64,000 nt of DNA from a virus (taxonomy: Duplodnaviria; Caudoviricetes). The stretch is from IMG/VR virus record IMGVR_UViG_3300003320_000853; one strand, given 5' to 3'. A program made the position numbers and the translations under genes. Of this stretch, positions 53,880 to 63,377 are shown piece by piece (the first letter of the stretch is position 1; the number at the start of each line of letters is the position of its first letter). Under the pieces are notes generated by a model. That model saw nothing but the letters and a program-made list of their open reading frames with translations, was not told where the DNA came from and made no database searches.

Positions 53880-53907
53880 CGGATCCATCTATCCCAGGGG
53901 TTGGGTG

Positions 53908-54714
53908 ATGGACATTGCCCGACTCATCACCGCCGCCGAGGAAACCCAACGGAGACTTTACGCCTCCCTTCCTTGGGGTTATCGTGTCGCTCAGCTCTTC
54001 ATGGTGCTCTCTCTCGACACGACAGAATCCTTCGGCCGCGCGATCATGGCGGAGTTCCTCCTCAAGGGTGTGACCGGGATGCCCGATCCCGGCCCCCGTT
54101 GGAACGCTTCCTCCAAGAAGCCCGCCGACACGCTCCCCCGGGGTTACGGCCGAGACTTCGCCGACAGGGTGTACAAGACCCTGCTCGGGAAGTTCCGCGA
54201 TCCCGATCTCGCCGAGAACGCGATGATGGACTTCCTCATCCGGTTCACCCTCCAGGGGGGATCGTCCCACATGCACCCGGGGACGAGCTTCGACCAGGCG
54301 AAGCAGTACGTGATGCAGGGGGTCGTTCGCCAGGGCATCAACATCGTCCAGGAGAAGACGCGGCAGCGGCAGCGCGAGAAGCCGACGTACCAACAGGACG
54401 ATGAGGGTGAGGAGCAACAGATCGACTTCTCGGATCCCCATGCCTTCGAGGATCTCGCCGATCTCATCCCCCAGCACCAGCTCAAGGCGCTCCTCGCCGA
54501 TCTCTCCCGCAAGGTGCATCCCGACGCCGGGCTCTACATCAAGCTCCTGACCGAGGGGTACAACGAGAAGGAGATCGTCGGCGATCCGGCGAAGGGCATC
54601 GAGGGGAAGCTCCCTCACTACAATTCGTCTCCGCAGAGCTGGAACGCAAACTGGAAGCCGAAGATCCTCAAGTACCTCCAGGAACGTGTCGAGCACGGGC
54701 TCCAGGCAGCCTGA
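53908..54714 (+). CDS. Second, divergent sigma-factor-like protein
   Basis: VYKTLLGKFRDPDLAENAMMDF..SFDQAKQYVMQGVVRQGINIVQEKTRQR; EGYNEKEI. Confidence 0.5.
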   Translation: MDIARLITAAEETQRRLYASLPWGYRVAQLFMVLSLDTTESFGRAIMAEFLLKGVTGMPDPGPRWNASSKKPADTLPRGYGRDFADRVYKTLLGKFRDPDLAENAMMDFLIRFTLQGGSSHMHPGTSFDQAKQYVMQGVVRQGINIVQEKTRQRQREKPTYQQDDEGEEQQIDFSDPHAFEDLADLIPQHQLKALLADLSRKVHPDAGLYIKLLTEGYNEKEIVGDPAKGIEGKLPHYNSSPQSWNANWKPKILKYLQERVEHGLQAA

Positions 54715-54734
54715 TCCTCGGTGTAGAAGTCTGC

Positions 54735-56021
54735 ATGCGGTATCGCGACCAGCTCGCGCTCCTCCAAAACCGGCACGTCATCGGCGACAACCACGAAGAG
54801 CTGAAGAAGCTTCCGGCGGACTTCTTCCACTGCGCGGTAACGAGCCCGCCCTACTTCGGTCTCCGGGACTATGGGACGCGCCGATGGTTTGGTGGGGATC
54901 CGAAAGACGAGCCGTGCCCTCACCTCTTCACCAAGGAGCACGGGCCGCACCACCCGGGCCAGGTCGAGCAAACGAAGTGGAAGACGGCCCAAGCGGCCGG
55001 CAAGGGGCAGACGGCGACGACCCTTTCCTGTGTCCAGTGCGGCGCCTGGTACGGTCAGCTCGGCTTGGAGCCCACCCCCGATCTTTACGTGGAGCACCTC
55101 GTCGAGGTCTTCCGTGGGGTGAAGCGCGTTCTCCGACCGGATGGCGTCTTCTGGCTCAACGTGGGGGATAGCTACGACAAGGAGAAGAGCCTCATCGGGA
55201 TCCCTTGGCTCGTGGCGCTGGCGCTACGCAAGGACGGATGGCTCATCCGACAGGAGATTGTCTGGGAGAAGCCCAACGTCATGCCCGAGAGCGTTCGGGA
55301 TCGTCCGACGCGGGCTCATGAGCAAGTCTTCCTCCTGACGAAGAACCGCGACTACTTCTACGACCAGGAGGCGGAGCGAGAACCCTATCTGATGGTGCCC
55401 CAGAGCCGGCCTAATGGACACAAGCGACGCCGGCCGGGGATCGAGCTCTACGAGCATGTGTGGGAAGGTACCATTCGAGATACGCCAGGATATGATGGCG
55501 GATCGTCTGGTCGCAACCTTCGCACCGTGTGGAAAATCAACCCCCAGCCGTACCACGGGGCGCACTTCGCTGTCTTCCCGATGAAGCTTCCTGAGCGCTG
55601 CATCAAGCTCGGGACGAGTGAGCATGGGGCGTGCGCCGCTTGCGGAGCTCCTTTCGAGCGGATCGTCGAGCGGGTCGTTCCAGAGGCTCCGCGGTTCGAG
55701 GAGAACGTCGTCCCCAACAACACGCCGCACCAGCGGTTCTCATGGGAGCAGCAACGGGTGCGGGACGAAAACCCGCCGGTGACCATCGGATGGGAGCCGA
55801 CGTGCAAGTGCAAGGCGAGCATCGCACCGTGCGTCGTGCTTGATCCGTTCCTCGGCAGCGGGACGACGGTGGCGGCGGCCATCGGCCTTCTCCGGACGGG
55901 CTTCGGCATCGAGATCAACCCTGCGTACGAAGAACTCATCGTCGAGCGGAAGCAAGAGCCCCTGGATTTCTCTGGGGATCGGTCTGCTTACGAGGCTGCG
56001 ATGGCTATGGGAGAGTCATGA
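54735..56021 (+). CDS. DNA amino-methyltransferase (N4-C/N6-A, beta order)
   Basis: VTSPPYFGLRDY, IVWEKPN.MPESVRDR, HFAVFP..L..CI, VLDPFLGSGTT. Confidence 0.92.
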   Translation: MRYRDQLALLQNRHVIGDNHEELKKLPADFFHCAVTSPPYFGLRDYGTRRWFGGDPKDEPCPHLFTKEHGPHHPGQVEQTKWKTAQAAGKGQTATTLSCVQCGAWYGQLGLEPTPDLYVEHLVEVFRGVKRVLRPDGVFWLNVGDSYDKEKSLIGIPWLVALALRKDGWLIRQEIVWEKPNVMPESVRDRPTRAHEQVFLLTKNRDYFYDQEAEREPYLMVPQSRPNGHKRRRPGIELYEHVWEGTIRDTPGYDGGSSGRNLRTVWKINPQPYHGAHFAVFPMKLPERCIKLGTSEHGACAACGAPFERIVERVVPEAPRFEENVVPNNTPHQRFSWEQQRVRDENPPVTIGWEPTCKCKASIAPCVVLDPFLGSGTTVAAAIGLLRTGFGIEINPAYEELIVERKQEPLDFSGDRSAYEAAMAMGES

Positions 56022-56494
56022 CGCCGGAGGAAGTCCGTATTCGTCTGGGGTTTCGACCTTGGCCCGAGTTTGCCTCCGAGATCGCGAGCCAGAACCCTGA
56101 CACGCCAGCGGAGCGTTGGCGGAGGACAGGACGGACGACGCAGAGCCTCGTCCGGGCGGTGTCCGAGCTGACGGAGGGTCGCGACGTTTTGATCCTTGCT
56201 TGGTCTCGGGACGCTTCCGATCGGCATCTGCGGACGCTGCACGAATACTGGTTCAGGGTCTCTGTCAACATTGACAGTCGTCGAACCCAGATCCTAGCGC
56301 TTGGGAGAGATGCTGAAGTCAGCCTCGCGGGCTTCGACGGTTGGTTGGTGATCGATCACTACATCGAAGAGATGTTCCCGAATAGGGTGAGAAGTCTGAG
56401 ATCACTGTGGCGACCTCCGACCGAGAAGTCTCCTCCACCCGCCATCTACCGTCCGACGTCTTTCGAGCTTCTTCTTGCCGAAGATCCCTTCTGA
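56018..56494 (+). CDS. Hypothetical protein with tag (PTSFELLLAEDPF)
   Basis: ATGA overlap; tag follows a Pro-rich linker. Confidence 0.7.
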   Translation: MTPEEVRIRLGFRPWPEFASEIASQNPDTPAERWRRTGRTTQSLVRAVSELTEGRDVLILAWSRDASDRHLRTLHEYWFRVSVNIDSRRTQILALGRDAEVSLAGFDGWLVIDHYIEEMFPNRVRSLRSLWRPPTEKSPPPAIYRPTSFELLLAEDPF

Positions 56495-56524
56495 TGACGT
56501 CCTGGACGGTGTAGCTGTCGGTAG

Positions 56525-57367
56525 ATGCGCGAGTTGGTCATCACGCCGCCGGAGCGGAAGGACGGCAAGGAGTCGAAGGGGCGCGCCTTCCGCGCCTTTC
56601 ATCTCGCTCACTTGAAGGCGGACGCCTTGTGGGAGGGCGGCATGACGGAAACGGAGGCGATCCGGCCTGTGTGGCTCATGGTAGGGGGCTCCGAGACCGA
56701 GATCCGGCCCTTCGTCACGAACCTCATGCTCGGCAAGAAGGCCGATATGCCCGGCCGCTTCCGGAGCGAGGGCAAGCGTTTCGAGCTGCTCAAGAGCGCC
56801 GGCTACCAGTACATCTGGCAGCGCATCCCCGAGAAGGGGCCCGATGGTCGTGTCGACGTCAAGGCGATCGTGATGGCCTTTCTGCCCGACCTCTTCCGGA
56901 TGGACCTCGGCATGGTCGATCCGGAAGGCGTGAACTTCTGCCTGCTCCCCACGAACGAATGGGTCGGGCAGTCGACCATCGATCCGAACCCTTCGGTCGT
57001 GCATGTCCGAACGGCTTTCGGCAAGGTGGGGATCCCGATTCCGGACGATGACCTCCGTCAGCTCGTTCCCACGGCCATCCTCTTCTGTGCCTTCCTCGAT
57101 CGCCGGACGCGGTGCCCGCTCATTGCCGACACGTGCTTCTACCTCCAGCTCTTCTGCTCGGCCCTGGCACAGGGGATCGCAGGATGGACGCGGGGAGATG
57201 CTCACAACACTTGGGGACGGCACGCGAACCTCTACCTGGAAGAGGTGGGGATCGAGGATGTGCGGATCGGTCTCGGGGTCGCATGCAAGGCGACCCATGG
57301 GGAGCTGGAGACGTTTCTCGCCGAACAGGTGAAAATCTACTTCGAGGTCAAGAATGGCGCGGCTTGA
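56525..57367 (+). CDS. Hypothetical protein upstream of the MTase-helicase
   Basis: 280-aa ORF; class II motif at 56508. Confidence 0.7.
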   Translation: MRELVITPPERKDGKESKGRAFRAFHLAHLKADALWEGGMTETEAIRPVWLMVGGSETEIRPFVTNLMLGKKADMPGRFRSEGKRFELLKSAGYQYIWQRIPEKGPDGRVDVKAIVMAFLPDLFRMDLGMVDPEGVNFCLLPTNEWVGQSTIDPNPSVVHVRTAFGKVGIPIPDDDLRQLVPTAILFCAFLDRRTRCPLIADTCFYLQLFCSALAQGIAGWTRGDAHNTWGRHANLYLEEVGIEDVRIGLGVACKATHGELETFLAEQVKIYFEVKNGAA

Positions 57368-60300
57368 ATCCATCGCAATCGGGGGCTATTACCCGACACC
57401 CAAGCGCGTGATCCCCTACATCGCGGCGCTTTTCGACGTGCCCGATATGTCTTCCCCTTCGGCCTATTCCTCGTGGGATCGGAATGGGGTTGCTTTCCTC
57501 GACCCATGCGCAGGCGACGGCGAAGCGGTTCTGACGTTCGCCAAGTGCCTCTTCGGCGATCTCCACACCCGAACGGTCGACTTCGATCTCTACGCGGCAG
57601 AGATGGAGGAGTCCCGCTTCAAAGCTCTCCAGGAGAGATGCAAGGGAGAGGATCTGCCCTATTCCTCCTTCTCGAAGGGCCTCGTCCATGGGGACGCTTT
57701 CCGCATCGTGTGGAAGTTCGACTACTCCAACAAGGGCGCGAGCTGCCTCTGGCTGAACCCGCCCTACGACATCGACCGCGAGATGGGACGGCTCGAAGAG
57801 CGCTTCCTCCGTCGCTTCACATCTGCGCTCGCCTTTGGCGGGGTCCTCGTCTTCATCATCCCGGTGACGGCGCTCCGGGCGTCGGCGAAGACCTTGGCCA
57901 AGGAGTACACGCACATACACTGCTTCCGGTTTCCCGCGCCGGAGTACGAGGCTTACAAGCAAGTCGTGGTCGTCGCGCAGCGGACGCAAGCCCTGTTCGA
58001 GCCCGACGAAGAGAACGTGGAGAGGATCCTTGGATGGGCGTCGAATCCTGAGACGATCGACGTTCTCCCGGGTTCGGAGATGGGGATCGAGGATCCCGTC
58101 GCTGCGCTCCTCGCCGATCCCCTGGCGGAGCAGGTTCTCTCTCTGCCGGCGATGCGAGCGAGCACGGTCGGCTTCTCATCTTGGGAGATCGTGGCCGTCG
58201 ATTTCTACGGGCTGCTCGCCAAGGCTGCGCCTTGGTGCGCGACCGATCGGACCGGGAAGGTGTCCCCTGTCGTGGGCATCCTCCCCGAGGCGCCGGCCGA
58301 CGACCTCCTTATCCGTCGCTATCCCCTCGCGATGCCTCCTCGCTCGGCCCACATTGCGGCCGGCATTGCCGCGGGGATCTTCAACGGGTTCCGTGTCTAC
58401 CCCGACGACCCCAAGCTGGGATTGCCTCCCCTTCTCGTGAAGGGCGTCTTCGATCGCGAGTATCGGACGGTCGACGAGAAGCACAACAAAGATGGCGAGA
58501 AGATCGGAGAGATCCAGGTTCAGCAGCCGAAGCTCGTCACGACGGTGCTCGATCTGACGACCTTCAAGTACGTCACGATCCAGCCTCGCGCCGATAAGAC
58601 GGGGTCGCGGGACATCACGACCATGACGATGGCCGACCTCCTCGAATACTACGGCCGCAGCCTCATGGAGGTCATGCTCAAGCAATGCCCCGTGCTTCAC
58701 GACCCGGGCCGCGAGGAGGATTGGATCAGGCTGGCGCCGCTCAACCGGACGATGTTCAAGGCTCAGAGCCACGCGGCGGCGGCGGCCGTCAAGCTCCTCG
58801 GCGGGCTCAACGTACCGATGAAGGATCGCTACGGCAAGACGGTCTTCGCCCTCGGGGAGATCGGCTCGGGCAAGACGACGCTTGCTCTCGGAGTCGCCAA
58901 GACGATCGGCTCGAAGCGGATGCTCGTTCTCTGCCCTCCGCATCTCCTCGACGGATGGAAGGACCAGATCCGCGAGGTCATCCCCGAGGCGCGTACGGTC
59001 GTCCTCCAGGACGTGAGTGATGTCCAAGCGCTGGCCGAGGACACCTCCCCCGGCATGGTGATTTCGATCGTCTCCCGCGAGACGGCGAAGCTTGGGCACG
59101 CTTGGGGAGCCGTGGAGAAGTTCTGCCCGAAGTGTGGGTCTCGCGTTCCCACGAACATCGATCTCGTCAAGACACGGGCCCGGTGCTCGGAGGCGCCTGT
59201 GCTCTCCAACGAGATGGGCAGGATTGTGTGCGACCTTGCTCTCGCGCTCGTCCCCCGATTCTACGACGTTTCGCGGATCAAGCAGCTTCTCTGGACCAGG
59301 CCCCTTCGCCGGTGGCCGGGCATCCTCCGCAAGCGCGGGGTCGACGAGTCCGAGGCCTGGCAGAAGATCGTATCGTCGGGGATCATCGAGAAGACGATCG
59401 ATCGGCTCATCCCCCATCTGGAACGTGAGCACGTGGTCCAAGCGATCGAGTTCTTGCTCCTCTCGAATCGAGATCAGGATCTCGTCGCTTGCGTCGCCGA
59501 GAAGGTCTACAGGTGGACCCTCCACGACGTGCAGACGTGGGGGCATTGGGCCACGGTGCGGACGCGGGCGGTGGGTCTCGCCCTCATGCTCGACGACGAA
59601 GCGGCGCGGTCCAAGCTCACAGAGCTCTTGTGGTCGATGAGCCCGGAGAACGGATCCTCGTACAACGCCTACTACCAGGGGCCGAAGGACTACCCGACGC
59701 GCATCGAGGCGAAGTATCGCGAGCTGTACCACGGGGAGAAGCTCGGACACTCCGACTCATGGTCGTACGTCGAGAAGGGCGGGGAGGGCCTGGAGTGGGC
59801 TGAGATCCCTGAGAAGCCGGAAGCCATCATCTCGGCGGTCGCGTCTCTCATGACTGCTTCCAGCTTCCGGCTTGGGGAGGTCTGCGGGGAGCCTCTCTTC
59901 GAGGCCCGGCCCGATCCTCGCCGGTTCCCTCTGGCTCAGTACATCTGCAAGAAGTACCCGGCTCTCTTCGATCTGCTCGTCCTCGATGAGGGGCACGAGT
60001 ATGCGACGGACGGCTCCGCTCAGGAGCGGGCGGCCCATCGGCTCACGTCGCTCGGGCTGCCGACGATGCTGCTCACGGGCACGATCATGAACGGCTATGC
60101 GGAAAGCCTGTTCACGAACCTCTGGTACCTCTCGCCGGCCTTTCGCGCCGAATTCGCCAGGGAGGAGCGCCAGAAGTTCGTTGACCGCTACGGCTATCGG
60201 AAGCGCATGGTCGAGAACCGGGACGATGATGGAAAGGTTGTCGCCTTCGGGTCGGTGACGGATCGTGTCGAACGTCGGGAGAGGATGCTCGGCAACGCTC

Positions 60301-61355
60301 CTGGTGTCCTTCCCGTTCTGCTCTTGAAGCACCTTCTTCCGATCGCGGTCACGCTCCACAAGGCGGATCTGGCTGTCGATATTCCTCCGTGCGCTGAGAT
60401 GGTCGAGGGAATCGAACCAGAGGCGACGCTCCTCGAAAACTACCGACATCTCCAGAAGAAACTCGTCGATCAGATCAAGAAGGACCGCTACGACGAGGAG
60501 AAGAGCGGCAAGCTCCTCGGGGCGCTCGCCGAGCTGCCTGGCTACCTCGATCTCGCGACGAGTGACACGGGCAACCGTGACGATGGATCCTACGAGATCC
60601 GCTACCCTGAATCGGTCGGCGGCGGTCTCGTGGCCCGTGTCGACCCGTTCCCTGCGTCGATTCTCCTCCCGAAGGAGAAGTGGGCCCTGGAGATCATCGA
60701 GGCCGAGCTTCGCGAGGATCGGAACGTCCTCTGGTTTGGCTGGCACACGCGGCTCCTCTCGCGTCTCTCCCGCCTCGTCGAGGAGAATCTTGGGATCAAG
60801 GCGCCCATCCTCTACCCGGACAAGGTGAGCACGGGCAAGCGCCAGAAGTGGATCGATCAGGAGGTCGTCGGTCGGAAGCGCCGGGTACTCATCGTGAATC
60901 CCGTCTGCGTCCAGACGGGGCTCAACAACCTCGTCTACTTCGCGACCAACATCTGGCATGAGAACCCGGCGTGCAACCCGGTGGTGAAGCGCCAGGCGGA
61001 CGGCCGTATCGACCGCGTCGGGCAGACGGTGAACACGAGGATCCGCTTCCCGATCTACGAGGGGACGGCCCAGCAGCACCTTCACTCGCTCCTCATGCGC
61101 AAGGTTGCGGTGTCGATGTCGACGGACGGGCTCGACGCCGAGGCGGCTCTCCAGGCGGCGGGCATCGGGCAGGACGACGGGTTCTCGGCTTTCTCGGTCG
61201 GGCGCCAGCTCTACGAGATGATCGTCTCGGGTCGGGAGCTGCCCGCGCTCACCCGGACGAAGAAGGCGCTCACTGAGACGAAGGTATCCCTCGCCAAGCC
61301 GCCCCCCATCATCACGGAAGCGGACATCTTCGAGTTCGCGATGTCCCTCGGGTGA
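57354..61355 (+). CDS. N6-adenine MTase-like domain fused to an SF2/SNF2-like helicase
   Basis: GYYPTP, LDPCAGDG, LNPPY; GEIGSGKT, LDEGHE, LTGT, QTGLN, QADGRIDRVGQ. Confidence 0.85.
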   Translation: MARLESIAIGGYYPTPKRVIPYIAALFDVPDMSSPSAYSSWDRNGVAFLDPCAGDGEAVLTFAKCLFGDLHTRTVDFDLYAAEMEESRFKALQERCKGEDLPYSSFSKGLVHGDAFRIVWKFDYSNKGASCLWLNPPYDIDREMGRLEERFLRRFTSALAFGGVLVFIIPVTALRASAKTLAKEYTHIHCFRFPAPEYEAYKQVVVVAQRTQALFEPDEENVERILGWASNPETIDVLPGSEMGIEDPVAALLADPLAEQVLSLPAMRASTVGFSSWEIVAVDFYGLLAKAAPWCATDRTGKVSPVVGILPEAPADDLLIRRYPLAMPPRSAHIAAGIAAGIFNGFRVYPDDPKLGLPPLLVKGVFDREYRTVDEKHNKDGEKIGEIQVQQPKLVTTVLDLTTFKYVTIQPRADKTGSRDITTMTMADLLEYYGRSLMEVMLKQCPVLHDPGREEDWIRLAPLNRTMFKAQSHAAAAAVKLLGGLNVPMKDRYGKTVFALGEIGSGKTTLALGVAKTIGSKRMLVLCPPHLLDGWKDQIREVIPEARTVVLQDVSDVQALAEDTSPGMVISIVSRETAKLGHAWGAVEKFCPKCGSRVPTNIDLVKTRARCSEAPVLSNEMGRIVCDLALALVPRFYDVSRIKQLLWTRPLRRWPGILRKRGVDESEAWQKIVSSGIIEKTIDRLIPHLEREHVVQAIEFLLLSNRDQDLVACVAEKVYRWTLHDVQTWGHWATVRTRAVGLALMLDDEAARSKLTELLWSMSPENGSSYNAYYQGPKDYPTRIEAKYRELYHGEKLGHSDSWSYVEKGGEGLEWAEIPEKPEAIISAVASLMTASSFRLGEVCGEPLFEARPDPRRFPLAQYICKKYPALFDLLVLDEGHEYATDGSAQERAAHRLTSLGLPTMLLTGTIMNGYAESLFTNLWYLSPAFRAEFAREERQKFVDRYGYRKRMVENRDDDGKVVAFGSVTDRVERRERMLGNAPGVLPVLLLKHLLPIAVTLHKADLAVDIPPCAEMVEGIEPEATLLENYRHLQKKLVDQIKKDRYDEEKSGKLLGALAELPGYLDLATSDTGNRDDGSYEIRYPESVGGGLVARVDPFPASILLPKEKWALEIIEAELREDRNVLWFGWHTRLLSRLSRLVEENLGIKAPILYPDKVSTGKRQKWIDQEVVGRKRRVLIVNPVCVQTGLNNLVYFATNIWHENPACNPVVKRQADGRIDRVGQTVNTRIRFPIYEGTAQQHLHSLLMRKVAVSMSTDGLDAEAALQAAGIGQDDGFSAFSVGRQLYEMIVSGRELPALTRTKKALTETKVSLAKPPPIITEADIFEFAMSLG

Positions 61356-63358
61356 CCATGAAGAACATCATCGAAGAGAAGTGGGGTCGCCTCGTACATG
61401 GCGACTGCCGAAACGTGCTCCCTACGCTGGCGAGCGACAGCATCGACGCCATGGTCACCGATCCCCCGGCCGGCATCGAATTCATGGGGAAGGACTGGGA
61501 CAACGCGCTCAAGTTCGGGGAGACGTTTGCATCCCACGGGTTTTCGGATGGTGGGGAACGCATCCCGGCGCCGGCTCAGAAGCTCTCGGAGCGGAACCCC
61601 GTTTGCAAGAAGTGCCGCAAGCACATCCGCGGCGCGGATGGGTGCCAGTGCCAGGAGCCCGAAAGCGACGAGCCCCCCGAGCTCATCCGGGAGAGGCGTC
61701 TCCAACAACGGCAAGGCTTCATCACGTTCATGGAGTCGGTCATGAAGGAGAGCTTCCGGGTCTTGAAGCCCGGGGCTCACGCCGTCGTCTGGGCGCTCCC
61801 GCGGACGTCCCACTGGACGGCTACCGCTCTGGAGAACGTCGGCTTCGAGATCCGGGACTGCATCTACCATGTGAAGCCGCGGAGCCCGGAAGTCATCGCC
61901 TTCCTCGAAAGTCTCTCGCCCGAACAGTGGGAGCTCCTCCAAAGATGTTCTCCAACCGATTCCTGGGTGATGCAAGTGTTCGGATCTGGGTTTCCCAAGT
62001 CTCTGGACGTGTCGAAGGCGCTCGACAAGATGGCGGGCGCCGCTCGGGAGGTGTTGGGACCAGGGAATAGACATAATTCCAGGCCCTTCGGTGAGAAGGC
62101 CGGGGATGTCGACTATGACGGTGGGATCTTTGCTGGGGGTGTCCCTCCAATCACGGCGCCGGCAACGGACGAGGCGAAGCTATGGGCTGGGTGGGGAACT
62201 GCACTGAAGCCTGCCGTCGAGGTGTGGTGGGTCGCCAGAAAGCCCATCCGAGAGGTCAACGTCGCGACTCAGGTGCGGAAGACCGGGACAGGCGCCCTCA
62301 ACATCGACGGGACGCGGGTCAAGCATGCCAACGCGGCGGACTTCGAGCGGCACAAGGCTCAGGTCGATCGTATCAAGCAAGAGGGGGGATCATGGGAGGG
62401 TAGCTGGAAGAACAGCTCCGACCTCTCCGGTGCGAACGAGGTCACGACGGCGGGCCGGTGGCCGTCCCACATTCTCCTGAGCCACGCTCCCGGCTGCCAG
62501 CAGGCCGGAACGCGAGAGGTCAAGACTGGCACGGCGGTTCAACGCAACCGGGATGGTGGCGTCCACAACCAAGTCTACGGCGAGTACCGCAAGCCTCCTG
62601 TGGAGGACGCGACCTATGCGAACGGAGACGGCACGGAGACGGTCGACGCTTGGGAGTGCTGCGCCGAATGTCCGGTTCGCATGCTCGACGACCAGAGCGG
62701 GGAGACTTCCTCCGGTGCCATGAAGCACGAGGTGGGATCCTACGGGGGAGATTCCGTCACCGGCTTTCTTAGAGGTCGGTCGGGACCCTCGAACCAGCAT
62801 GGCGATGCGGGCGGAGCTTCTCGATTCTTCCAGGTATTCGAGCATGAGCCGCCCTTCGTCTACGTGGCCAAGGCCAGCCGCGCCGAGCGGGACGAGGGCA
62901 TCAAAGGCGAGACGAAGACGCGGCGGGCCGTCCAGTACGGAGGCAAAAAGCAGCGGCAGTGCAATGTCTGCGGTTCTCGCTCGGGACCGAGCAAGGAGGG
63001 GCAGAGCTGGCCCACGTGTGGACACGAGGACTGGCGGTGGACCGAGCAGCTCGACGAGGGTCACAAGGGCGGGAACGCGAAGAACACGCACCCCACCGTC
63101 AAGCCCATCAAGCTCATGCGCTACCTCGTGCGTCTCGTGACTCCCAAGGGAGGGACCATTCTCGATCCCTTCTCTGGATCAGGATCGACCCTTCTCGCCG
63201 CTCTCTTGGAGGGTTTCAAGTTCCTGGGTATCGAACGTGAGGAAGAGTACGTCCACATTGCCGAGGAGCGTCTCCAGCATCACGCCCAGGAGGAGCTGGG
63301 GCGTCAAAGCGAAGAATCCGTCTTCGATCTCCTCTCCGAACTTGAGCAGGAATTCTAG
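61352..63358 (+). CDS. DNA amino-methyltransferase (beta order) with Cys-rich insertions
   Basis: VTDPPAG, FRVLKPG, FGSGFPKS, HPTVKP..LMRYLVRLVTP.GG.ILDPFSGSGST. Confidence 0.9.
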   Translation: MTMKNIIEEKWGRLVHGDCRNVLPTLASDSIDAMVTDPPAGIEFMGKDWDNALKFGETFASHGFSDGGERIPAPAQKLSERNPVCKKCRKHIRGADGCQCQEPESDEPPELIRERRLQQRQGFITFMESVMKESFRVLKPGAHAVVWALPRTSHWTATALENVGFEIRDCIYHVKPRSPEVIAFLESLSPEQWELLQRCSPTDSWVMQVFGSGFPKSLDVSKALDKMAGAAREVLGPGNRHNSRPFGEKAGDVDYDGGIFAGGVPPITAPATDEAKLWAGWGTALKPAVEVWWVARKPIREVNVATQVRKTGTGALNIDGTRVKHANAADFERHKAQVDRIKQEGGSWEGSWKNSSDLSGANEVTTAGRWPSHILLSHAPGCQQAGTREVKTGTAVQRNRDGGVHNQVYGEYRKPPVEDATYANGDGTETVDAWECCAECPVRMLDDQSGETSSGAMKHEVGSYGGDSVTGFLRGRSGPSNQHGDAGGASRFFQVFEHEPPFVYVAKASRAERDEGIKGETKTRRAVQYGGKKQRQCNVCGSRSGPSKEGQSWPTCGHEDWRWTEQLDEGHKGGNAKNTHPTVKPIKLMRYLVRLVTPKGGTILDPFSGSGSTLLAALLEGFKFLGIEREEEYVHIAEERLQHHAQEELGRQSEESVFDLLSELEQEF

Positions 63359-63377
63359 TTGGCCTACCGTGCCGCCC

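Larger units (their letters stand above)
2564..56513. promoter_or_regulatory. Class II promoter-like motif family GGTGTA-N8-14-ATG, generally without a -35 box, about 27 copies
   Basis: Plus strand at 11971, 20435, 21133, 22889, 26147, 30236, 31195, 32086, 38566, 39304, 43800, 44724, 49244, 53140, 54720, 56508. Minus strand (TACACC) at 2564, 3190, 4462, 4557, 13285, 14684, 15047, 30225, 33487 (tRNA), 38291, 51803. Confidence 0.75.

Noticed and set aside
22861-59750. Long antisense ORFs (22861-24603, 26509-28092, 43424-45307, most of 51184-53049, 58176-59750)
   Set aside because: They are shadows of well-supported opposite-strand genes, as expected in GC-rich DNA.
61300-63358. C-termini EADIFEFAMSLG and EESVFDLLSELEQEF as members of the tag family
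   Set aside because: Amphipathic and acidic, but they lack the P-T-[AS]-W start; too weak to count.
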